A stretch of DNA of 61,652 nt, filler included. It is 5 parts of 5 records of this genome, joined end to end, with 100 filler letters (N's around TTAATTAATTAA, not from the genome) between each part and the next. Parts side by side here need not be neighbours in the genome. Positions count along the whole stretch, not along the records: positions 1 to 15,919 come from SRR20825019_609; positions 16,020 to 22,093 come from SRR20825019_610; 3 more parts are not named here. One strand, written 5' to 3'. Positions 10,228 to 19,046 of the stretch are shown here, piece after piece; the first letter of the stretch is position 1, and each line of letters starts with the position of its first letter. The notes beneath the pieces were generated by a model. That model was not told the DNA's origin and searched no databases. It saw nothing but the letters and a program-made list of their open reading frames with translations. A program made the position numbers and the translations under genes.

Positions 10228-11817
10228 CTAGTGGCCGCCGCCGCCAGCTCCCGCCTTGGGTTTGCGCACGAGAACAATGCAGAAGCTCAGGCAGACGAAC
10301 AGCACCGTCAGGATCGTGAAGATATCGATGAACGCCATCAGCCACGCCTGCTGGCTGACGATCTGGTCGAGCTGCAGCACGGCTGCCTTTTCGCCGTCAA
10401 TGCCGTGGCTGTTGTAGAGCCCGGCCAGCGCGTCCACCCATTCCTGCGTCGTCGCGCTTGCCGCGTTCACCGTCTCCGCCAGCCGGTCGAAATGGAAATC
10501 GGTGCGGCGGCTGAGCAGCGTGTTGATGACGGCGAGCCCGACGGCGCCGCCGAGGTTGCGGGTCAGGTTGAAGAGGCCCGATGCGTTCTTGATATCCTGC
10601 GGCGGCAGCGTGCCGAGCGCAATGTTGGAGACCGGGATCATCGAGATCATCAGCGCCACGCCGCGGCCTGCCTGCGGCCAGAACAGGTTCCAGTAATCCC
10701 AGTCGGCGGTGATATGGGTCATTTGCCAGGTGCACAGCGCAAACAGCGCCAGCCCCGCCCCCATCATCAGGCGTGGGTCGAGCTTGTTCTGCAGCATGCC
10801 GGCAACCGGGGCGGTCGCCATCATGAACGCGCCGGTGACGAACATCGTCTCCCCGATCATCAGCGCGTCATAGCCGCGGATGCGGGCCATGTAGAGCGGG
10901 AACAGGTAGACGAGGCCGTAAAGCCCGATGCCGAGCGAGAACGAGAAGATCGAGCCGACCGCGAAGTTGAAATTGCCGAACGCCCTGAGATCGACCACCG
11001 GCGAGGCGCTTGTGAAGGCGCGGTAGAAAAACACGATGCCGCCGACGAGCATGGCGACGAACACATATCGGATGACATCGTCGGTAAACCAGCCCTTGAT
11101 ATTGCCCTCTTCCAGAAAATATTCGAGCGCGCCGAGGAAGGTCGCCATGGCGGCAAGACCCAGCCAGTCGAAGCGCTTCAGCAGAGAAAGGTCAGGCTTG
11201 TCGAAGTCGATCAGCAGCCACGCGCTGACAGCCACCAGAATGCCCGGGATGACGTTGATCAGGAACAGCCAGTGCCACGAAAACGCGGCAACAAGATAAC
11301 CGCCGACGGTCGGGCCGATCGTTGGCGCCAGCGTGGCCACAAGGCCGACGACCGGGATGACGGTCGAGCGCTTGGAGGGCGGAAAAGCGGTGAACGAAAC
11401 CGCAAACACCGCCGGCACCATGCCGCCCGACATGAATCCCTGGAGCGCGCGGAAGACGATCATCTGGTCGATGCTGGTCGCCGTGGCGCAAAGCGCGCTG
11501 CAGGCGGTAAAGGCCGCCGCTGAAAAGCTGAACACGACCCGTGTCGAGAAAATCCGCGCGAGAATGCCCGACAGCGGGATCATGATCACTTCGGCGATCA
11601 GGTAGGAGGTCTGCACCCAGGCGATTTCATCCGCGCTCGCCGAAATGCCGGCCTGGATATCCGACAGCGCCGAGGCGACGATCTGAATATCGAGGATCGC
11701 CATGAACATCCCGAAAGCCATGACGATGAAGGCGATCCATGTGCGCAAAGGAACATGGTCCGAGGGCGGTGCCTCCGCCTGGGCCGTGGCCGGCGCGTTT
11801 TCGGCTGTATCTGTCAT
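10228..11817 (-). CDS. emrB: DHA2-family MFS efflux permease (EmrB/QacA)
   Basis: FMAILDIQIV, WVQTSYLIAE, APTIGPTVGG, ASGLFNLTRNLGGAVG; 14-TMS pattern. Confidence 0.9.
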   Translation of the reverse strand: MTDTAENAPATAQAEAPPSDHVPLRTWIAFIVMAFGMFMAILDIQIVASALSDIQAGISASADEIAWVQTSYLIAEVIMIPLSGILARIFSTRVVFSFSAAAFTACSALCATATSIDQMIVFRALQGFMSGGMVPAVFAVSFTAFPPSKRSTVIPVVGLVATLAPTIGPTVGGYLVAAFSWHWLFLINVIPGILVAVSAWLLIDFDKPDLSLLKRFDWLGLAAMATFLGALEYFLEEGNIKGWFTDDVIRYVFVAMLVGGIVFFYRAFTSASPVVDLRAFGNFNFAVGSIFSFSLGIGLYGLVYLFPLYMARIRGYDALMIGETMFVTGAFMMATAPVAGMLQNKLDPRLMMGAGLALFALCTWQMTHITADWDYWNLFWPQAGRGVALMISMIPVSNIALGTLPPQDIKNASGLFNLTRNLGGAVGLAVINTLLSRRTDFHFDRLAETVNAASATTQEWVDALAGLYNSHGIDGEKAAVLQLDQIVSQQAWLMAFIDIFTILTVLFVCLSFCIVLVRKPKAGAGGGGH

Positions 11818-11867
11818 TGAAGCATCCGTGGGATGGGTACGCGGGCGTCAGGTGCCCGCGATGAATG

Positions 11868-12995
11868 TCAGCGGCTGGCGGCAATCGTTTCGCCGATCGT
11901 CCCGTCGGGGGCGGTGCGGCTGTCGACCTCGGCGGTGACGGAGAGCCCGGCCTTCAGATATTGCCCGTCAAGCACGTCCTTCGGGATCGAGATCCGCACC
12001 GGCAGGCGCTGCACGATCTTGGTGAAATTGCCTGTCGCGTTCTGCGGCGGCAGCAGCGCGAAGACGGCGCCGGAGGCCGGCGAGAAAGATTCGACCGTAC
12101 CGGTGAAGTCGTCCTTCTCGAAGGCGTCGACGGAGACCTTGACCTTCGCCCCGACGCCGAGGCGATCGAGATCGGTCTCCTTGAAATTGGCAACGACGTA
12201 GAGGTCGTCGGTCGGCACCAGCGCGCCGAGCCGCGTCCCGGAGGCAACGAGATCGCCGACCTGGACATTCCTGTTGCCGAACACGCCGTCGAAGGGCGCA
12301 CGGATTTCGGTGAAGCCGAGATTGCGCTTCGCCATGTCGATCGCGAGCTTGCGTTCCTGCAGGGCTGCCTGTTGCTGGGCAAGCTCGGCCTCAGCCGTGG
12401 TGATATTCGATTTCGCCACTTCCACCTCTGCATTGGCGGCCTGGACCTTGGCCTTCAACTGGTCGAGTGCGGATCTTGCATCATCAAAGGCTGCGACCGT
12501 GGCCGCGCCCTTTTCGCGCAGGGTGTCGGCGCGCTGGAGCACGGACTTGGCGTTGTCGATCTGCGGATCGAGCGCATCGCGGTTGGCCTTGGCCTGCGCC
12601 AGCGAGGCCTTGGCGCCGGCGATCTGGGCCTCGGTGGCCTTCAGCGCCACGTTCTGGGCGTTGAGCTGCGCTTCGGCCTGGGCGAGCGCGTTCTGGTAAT
12701 CGCCATCGTCGATCTTGACCAGAAGATCGCCCTTCCTGACCCGCTGGTTGCTTTCAATCGCAACGCTTTCGACGTAGCCGGAAACCTTGGGCGAGATCAT
12801 GGCGATGTCGCCTTCGATGTAGGCGTCGTCGGTGGAAACCATGAAGCGGCCTTCGGTCCACCAGCTATAGCCAAGCCAACCGGCGCCGGCGATGAGCGCG
12901 AGCCCGACCAGCGCGAAAATGGTCTTACGCACCCCGCCTCCGCGTTTCTTCTCAGCCGGGCGCGGTTCAGGGTGCACATCTGTGTCAGTCGTCAT
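11868..12995 (-). CDS. emrA: HlyD-family periplasmic adaptor (EmrA)
   Basis: N-terminal TM, STDDAYI, VRKGDLLVKID, ANFKET, ALLPPQNATGNFTKIVQRLPVRI. Confidence 0.9.
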   Translation of the reverse strand: MTTDTDVHPEPRPAEKKRGGGVRKTIFALVGLALIAGAGWLGYSWWTEGRFMVSTDDAYIEGDIAMISPKVSGYVESVAIESNQRVRKGDLLVKIDDGDYQNALAQAEAQLNAQNVALKATEAQIAGAKASLAQAKANRDALDPQIDNAKSVLQRADTLREKGAATVAAFDDARSALDQLKAKVQAANAEVEVAKSNITTAEAELAQQQAALQERKLAIDMAKRNLGFTEIRAPFDGVFGNRNVQVGDLVASGTRLGALVPTDDLYVVANFKETDLDRLGVGAKVKVSVDAFEKDDFTGTVESFSPASGAVFALLPPQNATGNFTKIVQRLPVRISIPKDVLDGQYLKAGLSVTAEVDSRTAPDGTIGETIAASR

Positions 12996-13053
12996 TTTGA
13001 AAAGAGCCTTTCTGGCGCTGAATGGAGGAGGGTTCAGCACAGCGATAGCGTAT

Positions 13054-13071
13054 TCGAACTGGCGGGTTCGA
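13054..13071. promoter_or_regulatory. Putative TetR operator upstream of emrA
   Basis: Perfect palindrome TCGAAC-N6-GTTCGA about 60 bp upstream of the emrA start. Confidence 0.6.
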
Positions 13072-13269
13072 TTGGTTGGTGTGGTAATGCTCCTCGCGAC
13101 GTTGACTGTCAAGCGGCAGTTCCGCTGGAACCGCTCGGAGCCAAATACGTTGATGGTGGAGTTATGGATTTCGCGCTATAGGACGACTTTCGGGCTGCTC
13201 CGGTTGTTGAGCCGATGAGCGCCTTGCGGATATGGTGCCCGCCCGTTGCGGGCTTTCAGGGAGACTGAC

Positions 13270-14049
13270 TTGAACGATATTCTTGTGTTGGCCGCCCAGC
13301 CCGAGGCATGGGCCGCTCTCGTGACCCTGATCGTGATGGAGGTGGTGCTCGGCATCGATAACCTCGTCTTCATTTCGATCCTCACCAACAAGCTGCCGGA
13401 AGCCAATCGCCAGCGCGCGCGGCGCATCGGCCTCGGCCTGGCGCTGGTGCTGCGTCTCGTCCTGCTCGGCGCGGTCGCCTGGATCGTGCAGCTCACGGAG
13501 CCGGTCTTCACTGCCTTTGGTCATGGTTTTTCGTGGAAGGATATCATCCTGATCGCTGGCGGGCTGTTCCTGGTCTGGAAGGCAACCAAGGAAATTCACC
13601 ACAATGTCGATCCGGAGGAACATGCGGGCGAGATCGTCGGCGGTGCGGTGAAGACCGGCTTTGCCGCCGCGATTTTCCAGATCCTGCTGCTCGATCTGGT
13701 GTTTTCCGTCGACAGCATCATCACCGCGGTCGGCATGACCGACCATCTGCCGATCATGGTCATCGCCGTTGTCGTCGCCGTCACGCTGATGCTGATCGCC
13801 TCGGGCCCGCTCGCCCGTTTCATCGAGGCCAACCCGACCATCGTCATGCTGGCGCTTTCCTTCCTGCTGATGATCGGCATGACGCTGATTGCCGATGGCG
13901 CCGGCTTCCACGTGCCGAAGGGCTATATCTATGCGGCCATGACTTTTTCGGGCCTCGTCGAACTGCTCAACATGCTGGCGCGGCGCAAACGGATGAAGGA
14001 TCGTGCCGCTCGCGGTGAAGCCGCAGCCGGCGCGCCAACGCGTCACTGA
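13270..14049 (+). CDS. TerC-family integral membrane protein
   Basis: [45 protein letters not shown] start after GGGAGA. Confidence 0.9.
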   Translation: MNDILVLAAQPEAWAALVTLIVMEVVLGIDNLVFISILTNKLPEANRQRARRIGLGLALVLRLVLLGAVAWIVQLTEPVFTAFGHGFSWKDIILIAGGLFLVWKATKEIHHNVDPEEHAGEIVGGAVKTGFAAAIFQILLLDLVFSVDSIITAVGMTDHLPIMVIAVVVAVTLMLIASGPLARFIEANPTIVMLALSFLLMIGMTLIADGAGFHVPKGYIYAAMTFSGLVELLNMLARRKRMKDRAARGEAAAGAPTRH

Positions 14050-14214
14050 ACCTGCCGTTCAGGCCCGGTGGCCGGGCCGGTGGCTTGACGGACAGGGTTG
14101 AATATGGCCTAAGGCTGGCCAGAACGGGCCGCCTCCGCCTGAGACTGTCGCGGCCCAGAGAAATTCAGCATTTCAGGGAAGCCGCCGGCCCGGCCGGCGG
14201 TACGGACAAAAACA

Positions 14215-15681
14215 ATGAGCACAACCGGCCCCCGCCTGCGCATCGCGCCATCTCCGACCGGCGAGCCGCATGTCGGCACCGCCTATACCGCGCTGTTCAA
14301 CTATCTCTACGCCAAAAAGATGGGCGGCACCTTCATTCTCCGCATCGAGGATACCGACGCGACGCGCTCGACCCCCGAATTCGAGAAGAACGTGCTCGAC
14401 GCGCTGAAATGGTGCGGGCTCGAATGGGCCGAAGGTCCGGATGTCGGCGGCCCCTACGGTCCCTATCGCCAGTCCGATCGCAAGGACCTCTACAAGCCCT
14501 ATGTCGATCGGCTCGTTGCCGAAGGCCATGCCTTCCACTGCTTCTGCACGCCCGAGCGGCTGGAGCGGATGCGCGCCGGCCAGCGCGCCGAGGGCAGGGC
14601 GCCGAAATATGACGGGCTTTGCATGCATCTGAAGGCCGAGGAGGTCACCGCCCGCATCGAGGCCGGCGAGCCCAATGTCGTGCGCATGAAGATCCCGACC
14701 GAAGGCGCGTGCAAGTTCACCGACGGCGTCTACGGCGATGTCGAAATCCCGTGGGACGCGGTCGACATGCAGGTTCTGCTGAAGGCCGACGGCATGCCGA
14801 CCTATCACATGGCCAATGTCGTCGACGACCACATGATGAAGATCACCCATGTGGCGCGCGGCGAGGAGTGGCTGGCCTCGGTGCCGAAGCATATCCTGCT
14901 CTATACCTATCTGGGGCTCGAACCGCCGCAGTTCTTCCACCTGCCGTTGATGCGCAATCCCGACAAGTCGAAACTGTCGAAGCGCAAGAACCCGACCTCG
15001 ATCTCCTATTATTCGGCGCTCGGCTACCTGCCGGAAGCGCTGATGAATTTCCTCGGCCTGTTCTTCATCCAGATATCTGAGGGTGAAGAGCTGATGACGA
15101 TGGATCAGCTCATCGAGAAGTTCGACGCCGACAACCTCAACAAATCCGGCGCGGTGTTCGACACCCAGAAGCTCGAATGGTTGAACGGCAGGTTCCTGCG
15201 CGAGACGCTGTCGGAGGAGGATTTCATTCTCCGCGTCGCCGTCTGGGCCTCGGAGAACGCGCGGCTTAAGGAAGGGCTGAAACTCTCGCAGAGCCGCATT
15301 ACCAAGCTTGGCGAACTACCGGCGCTGATGGGCTTCCTGCTGCAGTCCGACATGGTGCCGGAAGCGGAAGCCTTCGCGAAGATCAAGAAGACCAATCCGG
15401 CAGAAATCCTGGAGATCCTGCAGGCGGTGCAGCCGGTTCTCGAAAAGCTCGTCGAGTGGAACGCCGCCACCGTCGAGGAGGCGCTGCGCCAGCTTGCCGA
15501 GGACATGGACAAGAAGTTGCGCACCGTGGTCGCGCCGCTATTCGTCGCCATGTCCGGCTCGTCGCGCTCGCTGCCGCTGTTCGACAGCATGGCGATCCTC
15601 GGCCGCGCCGTTGCGCGCCAGCGGCTGAAGATCGCCGAAGGCGTGGTTGCGAAAATGGTCGCAGAAGAGGCAAAGAAGTAA
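14215..15681 (+). CDS. gltX: Glutamate--tRNA ligase
   Basis: APSPTGEPHVG (HIGH-like), LRIEDTD, KLSKR (KMSKS-like). Confidence 0.95.
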   Translation: MSTTGPRLRIAPSPTGEPHVGTAYTALFNYLYAKKMGGTFILRIEDTDATRSTPEFEKNVLDALKWCGLEWAEGPDVGGPYGPYRQSDRKDLYKPYVDRLVAEGHAFHCFCTPERLERMRAGQRAEGRAPKYDGLCMHLKAEEVTARIEAGEPNVVRMKIPTEGACKFTDGVYGDVEIPWDAVDMQVLLKADGMPTYHMANVVDDHMMKITHVARGEEWLASVPKHILLYTYLGLEPPQFFHLPLMRNPDKSKLSKRKNPTSISYYSALGYLPEALMNFLGLFFIQISEGEELMTMDQLIEKFDADNLNKSGAVFDTQKLEWLNGRFLRETLSEEDFILRVAVWASENARLKEGLKLSQSRITKLGELPALMGFLLQSDMVPEAEAFAKIKKTNPAEILEILQAVQPVLEKLVEWNAATVEEALRQLAEDMDKKLRTVVAPLFVAMSGSSRSLPLFDSMAILGRAVARQRLKIAEGVVAKMVAEEAKK

Positions 15682-15682
15682 C

Positions 15683-15919
15683 ATGAACAACAAGACCGAA
15701 GAGCAGGCGCTTTCCTCCGACGCCACCGAAGTCCGCGCCCAGAAACTCGAAATCCTGCGTGAGAAAATCGGCGACGTCTATCCGGCGCATTTCCACCGCA
15801 CCATCACCAATGCCGAACTGGCCGAGAAGTACGCCGACCTGCCGGACGACGTGACCACAGAGGATGTCGTCACCGTTGCCGGCCGCGTCTATTCGATGCG
15901 CAATTCCGGCATGTTCGTC
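15683..15919 (+). CDS. lysS: Class II lysine--tRNA ligase, 5' fragment (cut by contig end)
   Basis: RAQKLEILRE..YPAHFHRT..VTVAGRV..R..G anticodon-binding OB-fold start; directly follows gltX. Confidence 0.8.
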
Positions 15920-16019
15920 NNNNNNNNNNNNNNNNNNNNNNNNNNNNNNNNNNNNNNNNNNNNTTAATTAATTAANNNNNNNNNNNNNNNNNNNNNNNNN
16001 NNNNNNNNNNNNNNNNNNN
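15920..16019. other. Artificial contig spacer
   Basis: 44 N + TTAATTAATTAA (stops in all six frames) + 44 N. Confidence 0.98.
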
Positions 16020-16047
16020 ACCTAACCTCCCCCTGATAGGGGGAGGG
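16020..16047. repeat. CCTCCCCCT/AGGGGGAGG palindromic intergenic repeat (partial, at contig end)
   Basis: 9-bp stem 16026-16034/16038-16046 preceded by CCTAA; typical alphaproteobacterial REP-like family. Confidence 0.5.
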
Positions 16048-16142
16048 ATCGATCGAGCCTGCCGAGATGATTTTGCGAGAACACTGAAATGCTCCTCCCC
16101 CCTGCTTTTGGGGGCGGTGTCGCGCTGGTGGGTTTAGAGGGA

Positions 16143-17216
16143 TCAAGCCACCGCCTTCTTGTTGACCGCGCGGCGTTTTTGCACGGCTTCGGCCAGGGCT
16201 TCGAGGGCGGTGACGGTAGTGTCCCAGCCGATGCAGCCATCGGTGATGGACTGGCCATAGGTGAGGGGCTGGCCGGGGGTCAGATCCTGACGACCGGCGA
16301 CAAGGTTGGATTCGACCATGACGCCGATAATGCGCTTGTCACCATTGGCGAGCTGGGCGCCGATATCGGCCAGCACCAGCGGCTGGTTTTCGGGGTTCTT
16401 GGACGAATTGGCGTGGCTGGCGTCGATCAGGATGGCGGGATTGACGCTCGCCTTTTGCGCCGCCCTGGCGGCGGCATCGACGCTGTCGGCATCGTAATTG
16501 GGGGTTTTGCCGCCGCGCAGGATGATGTGGCAGTCCTGGTTGCCAGTGGTGGCGGCGATGGCGGAGCGCCCATCCTTGGTGACGGCCATGAAATGATGCG
16601 GCTGGGAGGCCGAAAGCACGGCATCGAGCGCGATCTTGATATTGCCGTCGGTGCCGTTCTTGAAGCCGACCGGGCAGGAGAGGCCGGAGGCCAGCTCGCG
16701 GTGAATCTGGCTTTCGGTGGTGCGGGCGCCGATGGCGGCCCAGGCGACCAGGTCCACCAGATATTGCGGTGTGGTCATGTCGAGGAATTCGCAGGCGGCG
16801 GGCAGGCCGAGATTTGCAATGTCGAGCAGCAGGGTGCGGGCGGTGTGCAGGCCCAGATCGATATTGAAGCTCCCATCGAGGTCGGGGTCGTTGATCAGAC
16901 CCTTCCAGCCCACCGTGGTGCGGGGTTTTTCGAAATAGACACGCATGATGATTTCGAGCCGGTCGCCGAGCCTTTCGCGCAGGGGCGCGAGACGGTTGGC
17001 GTATTCGACTGCGGCCTGGGGATCGTGAATGGAGCAGGGGCCAACGATAACGGCCAGGCGATCGTCCTGGCCGGTGAGGATATTGTGGAAGGCGTGGCGG
17101 GCGGCGATGACCGTGCGGGTGGCCGCATCGGTGCGCGGGTGCTGATGCATGACCTCAATGGGTGTGGTCAGCGGTTTGATTTCGGTGATGCGCAGGTCGT
17201 CGGTGGATTTGAGCAT
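16143..17216 (-). CDS. Class I(alpha) 3-deoxy-7-phosphoheptulonate (DAHP) synthase, AroG/AroF/AroH type
   Basis: VGPCSIHD, RVYFEKPRTTVGWKGLINDP, IGARTTESQIHRE, HIILRGG, DASHANS, YGQSITDGCIGW. Confidence 0.95.
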   Translation of the reverse strand: MLKSTDDLRITEIKPLTTPIEVMHQHPRTDAATRTVIAARHAFHNILTGQDDRLAVIVGPCSIHDPQAAVEYANRLAPLRERLGDRLEIIMRVYFEKPRTTVGWKGLINDPDLDGSFNIDLGLHTARTLLLDIANLGLPAACEFLDMTTPQYLVDLVAWAAIGARTTESQIHRELASGLSCPVGFKNGTDGNIKIALDAVLSASQPHHFMAVTKDGRSAIAATTGNQDCHIILRGGKTPNYDADSVDAAARAAQKASVNPAILIDASHANSSKNPENQPLVLADIGAQLANGDKRIIGVMVESNLVAGRQDLTPGQPLTYGQSITDGCIGWDTTVTALEALAEAVQKRRAVNKKAVA

Positions 17217-17255
17217 TTCTTGTGGTCCTCTGGGAGATGTTCCGGAGGGGCCAAC

Positions 17256-17284
17256 AAAAAAGCCGCCTCGGAAGTCGGGCGGCT
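17256..17284 (-). terminator. Attenuator terminator upstream of DAHP synthase
   Basis: Minus strand AGCCGCC-cgacttccga-GGCGGCT followed by TTTTTG, about 40 nt before the DAHP synthase start codon. Confidence 0.85.
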
Positions 17285-17318
17285 GGCTTGCGATTTTGTG
17301 GTCTTGTCTGGGGTCAGA

Positions 17319-17390
17319 TCACACGCGCGCAATAGCCTCCGCCGGGAGCGGATAGCTAAAATACCAAAAGAAGGTCGCGGTGTTGATCAT
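17319..17390 (-). CDS. Aromatic-amino-acid attenuator leader peptide (23 aa, MINTATFFWYFSYPLPAEAIARV)
   Basis: Hand-translated ATG..TGA ORF; 6 of codons 7-13 are Phe/Trp/Tyr; followed by alternative hairpins and a terminator. Confidence 0.85.
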   Translation of the reverse strand: MINTATFFWYFSYPLPAEAIARV

Positions 17391-17397
17391 GGGCGGG

Positions 17398-17426
17398 AAG
17401 GTAGCGGCGAGTCAGAGGCTTGTCGA
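17398..17426 (-). promoter_or_regulatory. Sigma70-type promoter for the leader (leaderless mRNA)
   Basis: Minus strand TCGACA-N17-TACCTT, then 7 nt to the leader ATG; no Shine-Dalgarno sequence. Confidence 0.55.
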
Positions 17427-17445
17427 GTCCCGACTTTGGTAGGGG

Positions 17446-18246
17446 TCAGCCGCCGGCGCCCTGATAGTTCCTGAGGCAATAGCGCCAGTGGGCGAAGGCG
17501 AGGAGAACGAAGAGGGGGCCGATGGCGAGGGAGGCCGGGCCGGCCCAGTCGCCGAGGATCGGAACGGGTTTGTCCAGCGCCACGGCGGTGGGAATGAAGG
17601 CCAGGAATCCGAGCGGGGCGAAGGTAATCATCATGATCTGCAGCGGCAGGGGGAAGATGTTGAGCGGGTAGCGGGCCAATTCCCAGAAGCCGAAGAAGAT
17701 GGAGAAAAGGTGGCGCGAGCGGACCCAGATCAGCGCGGTTGCCCCAATCATGGTCATCAGGGCCGCCGTGAGCATGGCGGCGCTGATGATGGCGGCGAGG
17801 AAGTAGAGGACGAGGCCGGGCGACCAGTCGATGCCCAGGCTTGAGACCGACCAGACCATGAGGCCGATGGCCAGGGCGATGTGACCGCCATATTCGATGT
17901 TAAGGCCGGAAAAGGCGAGAAAGGTCCAGGGGCCGATGGGTTTGACGAGGATGGCGTCGAAGGTGCCGAGGCGGACTTTCTCTTCCATGTCGCGAAACTG
18001 CACGAAGCTGAGCGATGCGCCCAGGGCGTAGGCCAGCAGATGGAAGGCGAGCAGCAGGGCCATTTGCGGCCAGGTCCAGCCGCCGAGATTTTCAAAGCGC
18101 GCCAGGAGCAGGGCGATGGAGGCATAAATACCGGCATAGCCAATGGCCTGGGCGATCCAGCCGATGAAGAGGGCACCGCGATATTCCATATGGGTGCGGA
18201 TATGGATGCCGATGAGATGGGGGATGACCCTGAGAACACTGGACAT
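17446..18246 (-). CDS. ABC-2 family permease (DUF990)
   Basis: MEYR..F, LGGWT, VRLGTFDAILVKP, ARYPLNIFP, F..PLGFLAFIP. Confidence 0.85.
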   Translation of the reverse strand: MSSVLRVIPHLIGIHIRTHMEYRGALFIGWIAQAIGYAGIYASIALLLARFENLGGWTWPQMALLLAFHLLAYALGASLSFVQFRDMEEKVRLGTFDAILVKPIGPWTFLAFSGLNIEYGGHIALAIGLMVWSVSSLGIDWSPGLVLYFLAAIISAAMLTAALMTMIGATALIWVRSRHLFSIFFGFWELARYPLNIFPLPLQIMMITFAPLGFLAFIPTAVALDKPVPILGDWAGPASLAIGPLFVLLAFAHWRYCLRNYQGAGG

Positions 18247-18248
18247 GA

Positions 18249-19046
18249 TCAGCCTCCCTGCACGATCAGGCGATGGCGCATGCGCGACCAGAGCCAGGTC
18301 AGGACGCCGGTCAGTGCGGCAAGCCAGACACAGCCGATGGCAAGATGCAGGCCGGCGGCGGGCAGGTCGAGTTTTCCGAGATAAACGGCGCTGGGATAGT
18401 AGCTGACCCAGGCGAAGGGCAGATAGCCAAGGACGGCCGCCAGGGGCGCGGGCATGAACCAGAGCGGCACAATGGCGCCCGACGCCACGGCCATGATGCC
18501 ACGCAGGAACCAGTCGAGGGCAAAGGCGGTCAGGAGCCAGAAGGCGAGCATCGCGGTCAGGGTGGCGATGAGGAACATGATGCCCCAGGATACCACCCAA
18601 TAGGCGAGGAAAAGCAGGCCGTGGGCGAGGCTGGCCGGCGGCAGGAGACCAACCGTGAAGGCCACGATGATGGCGACGGGCAGGGTGATGGTCAGTTGCT
18701 CGAAGGCGTTGTTGCCCAACTGGTTGAAGAACAGCAGGGCCGGGTAGTGCAAGGGTTTGAGCAGAAAGGTGGTGACGTCGCCGGTGCGGATGGCATCGCC
18801 CACCTCGCGGATATAGCGGGTGGTGTTCCAGTTGAGCAGCGGGCCGGCGATGAGCACATAGGTGACCATGTCGGGCAGGGTGACGCCATCGACGGTGCCC
18901 CGGCCGACAAAGGCCGCTGTCCAGACCGCAATGAATGCGAAGGTGGCGACCAGTTCGCCAAATACGCCGGACCAGACCTGGTTGCGATAGGCCAGGCGCG
19001 AGGTGAAGGCGGTGGCGGTGAAGGCGGGGTAGGCGCTGAGCTTCAT
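18249..19046 (-). CDS. ABC-2 family permease (DUF990)
   Basis: LAYR, IRTGDVTTFLLKP, SGAIVPLWFMP, LPF..YYP, C-terminal IVQGG. Confidence 0.85.
   Translation of the reverse strand: MKLSAYPAFTATAFTSRLAYRNQVWSGVFGELVATFAFIAVWTAAFVGRGTVDGVTLPDMVTYVLIAGPLLNWNTTRYIREVGDAIRTGDVTTFLLKPLHYPALLFFNQLGNNAFEQLTITLPVAIIVAFTVGLLPPASLAHGLLFLAYWVVSWGIMFLIATLTAMLAFWLLTAFALDWFLRGIMAVASGAIVPLWFMPAPLAAVLGYLPFAWVSYYPSAVYLGKLDLPAAGLHLAIGCVWLAALTGVLTWLWSRMRHRLIVQGG

Noticed and set aside
13140-13270. yybP-ykoY (Mn) riboswitch upstream of terC
   Set aside because: Expected from context, but I could not find the conserved core elements; only an RBS-like GGGAGA is evident.
14110-14214. T-box or other leader upstream of gltX
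   Set aside because: GC hairpins are present, but there is no T-box consensus or U-tailed terminator.
14215-15919. Class II lysS in an alphaproteobacterium
   Set aside because: gltX followed by class II lysS is already known in rhizobia.
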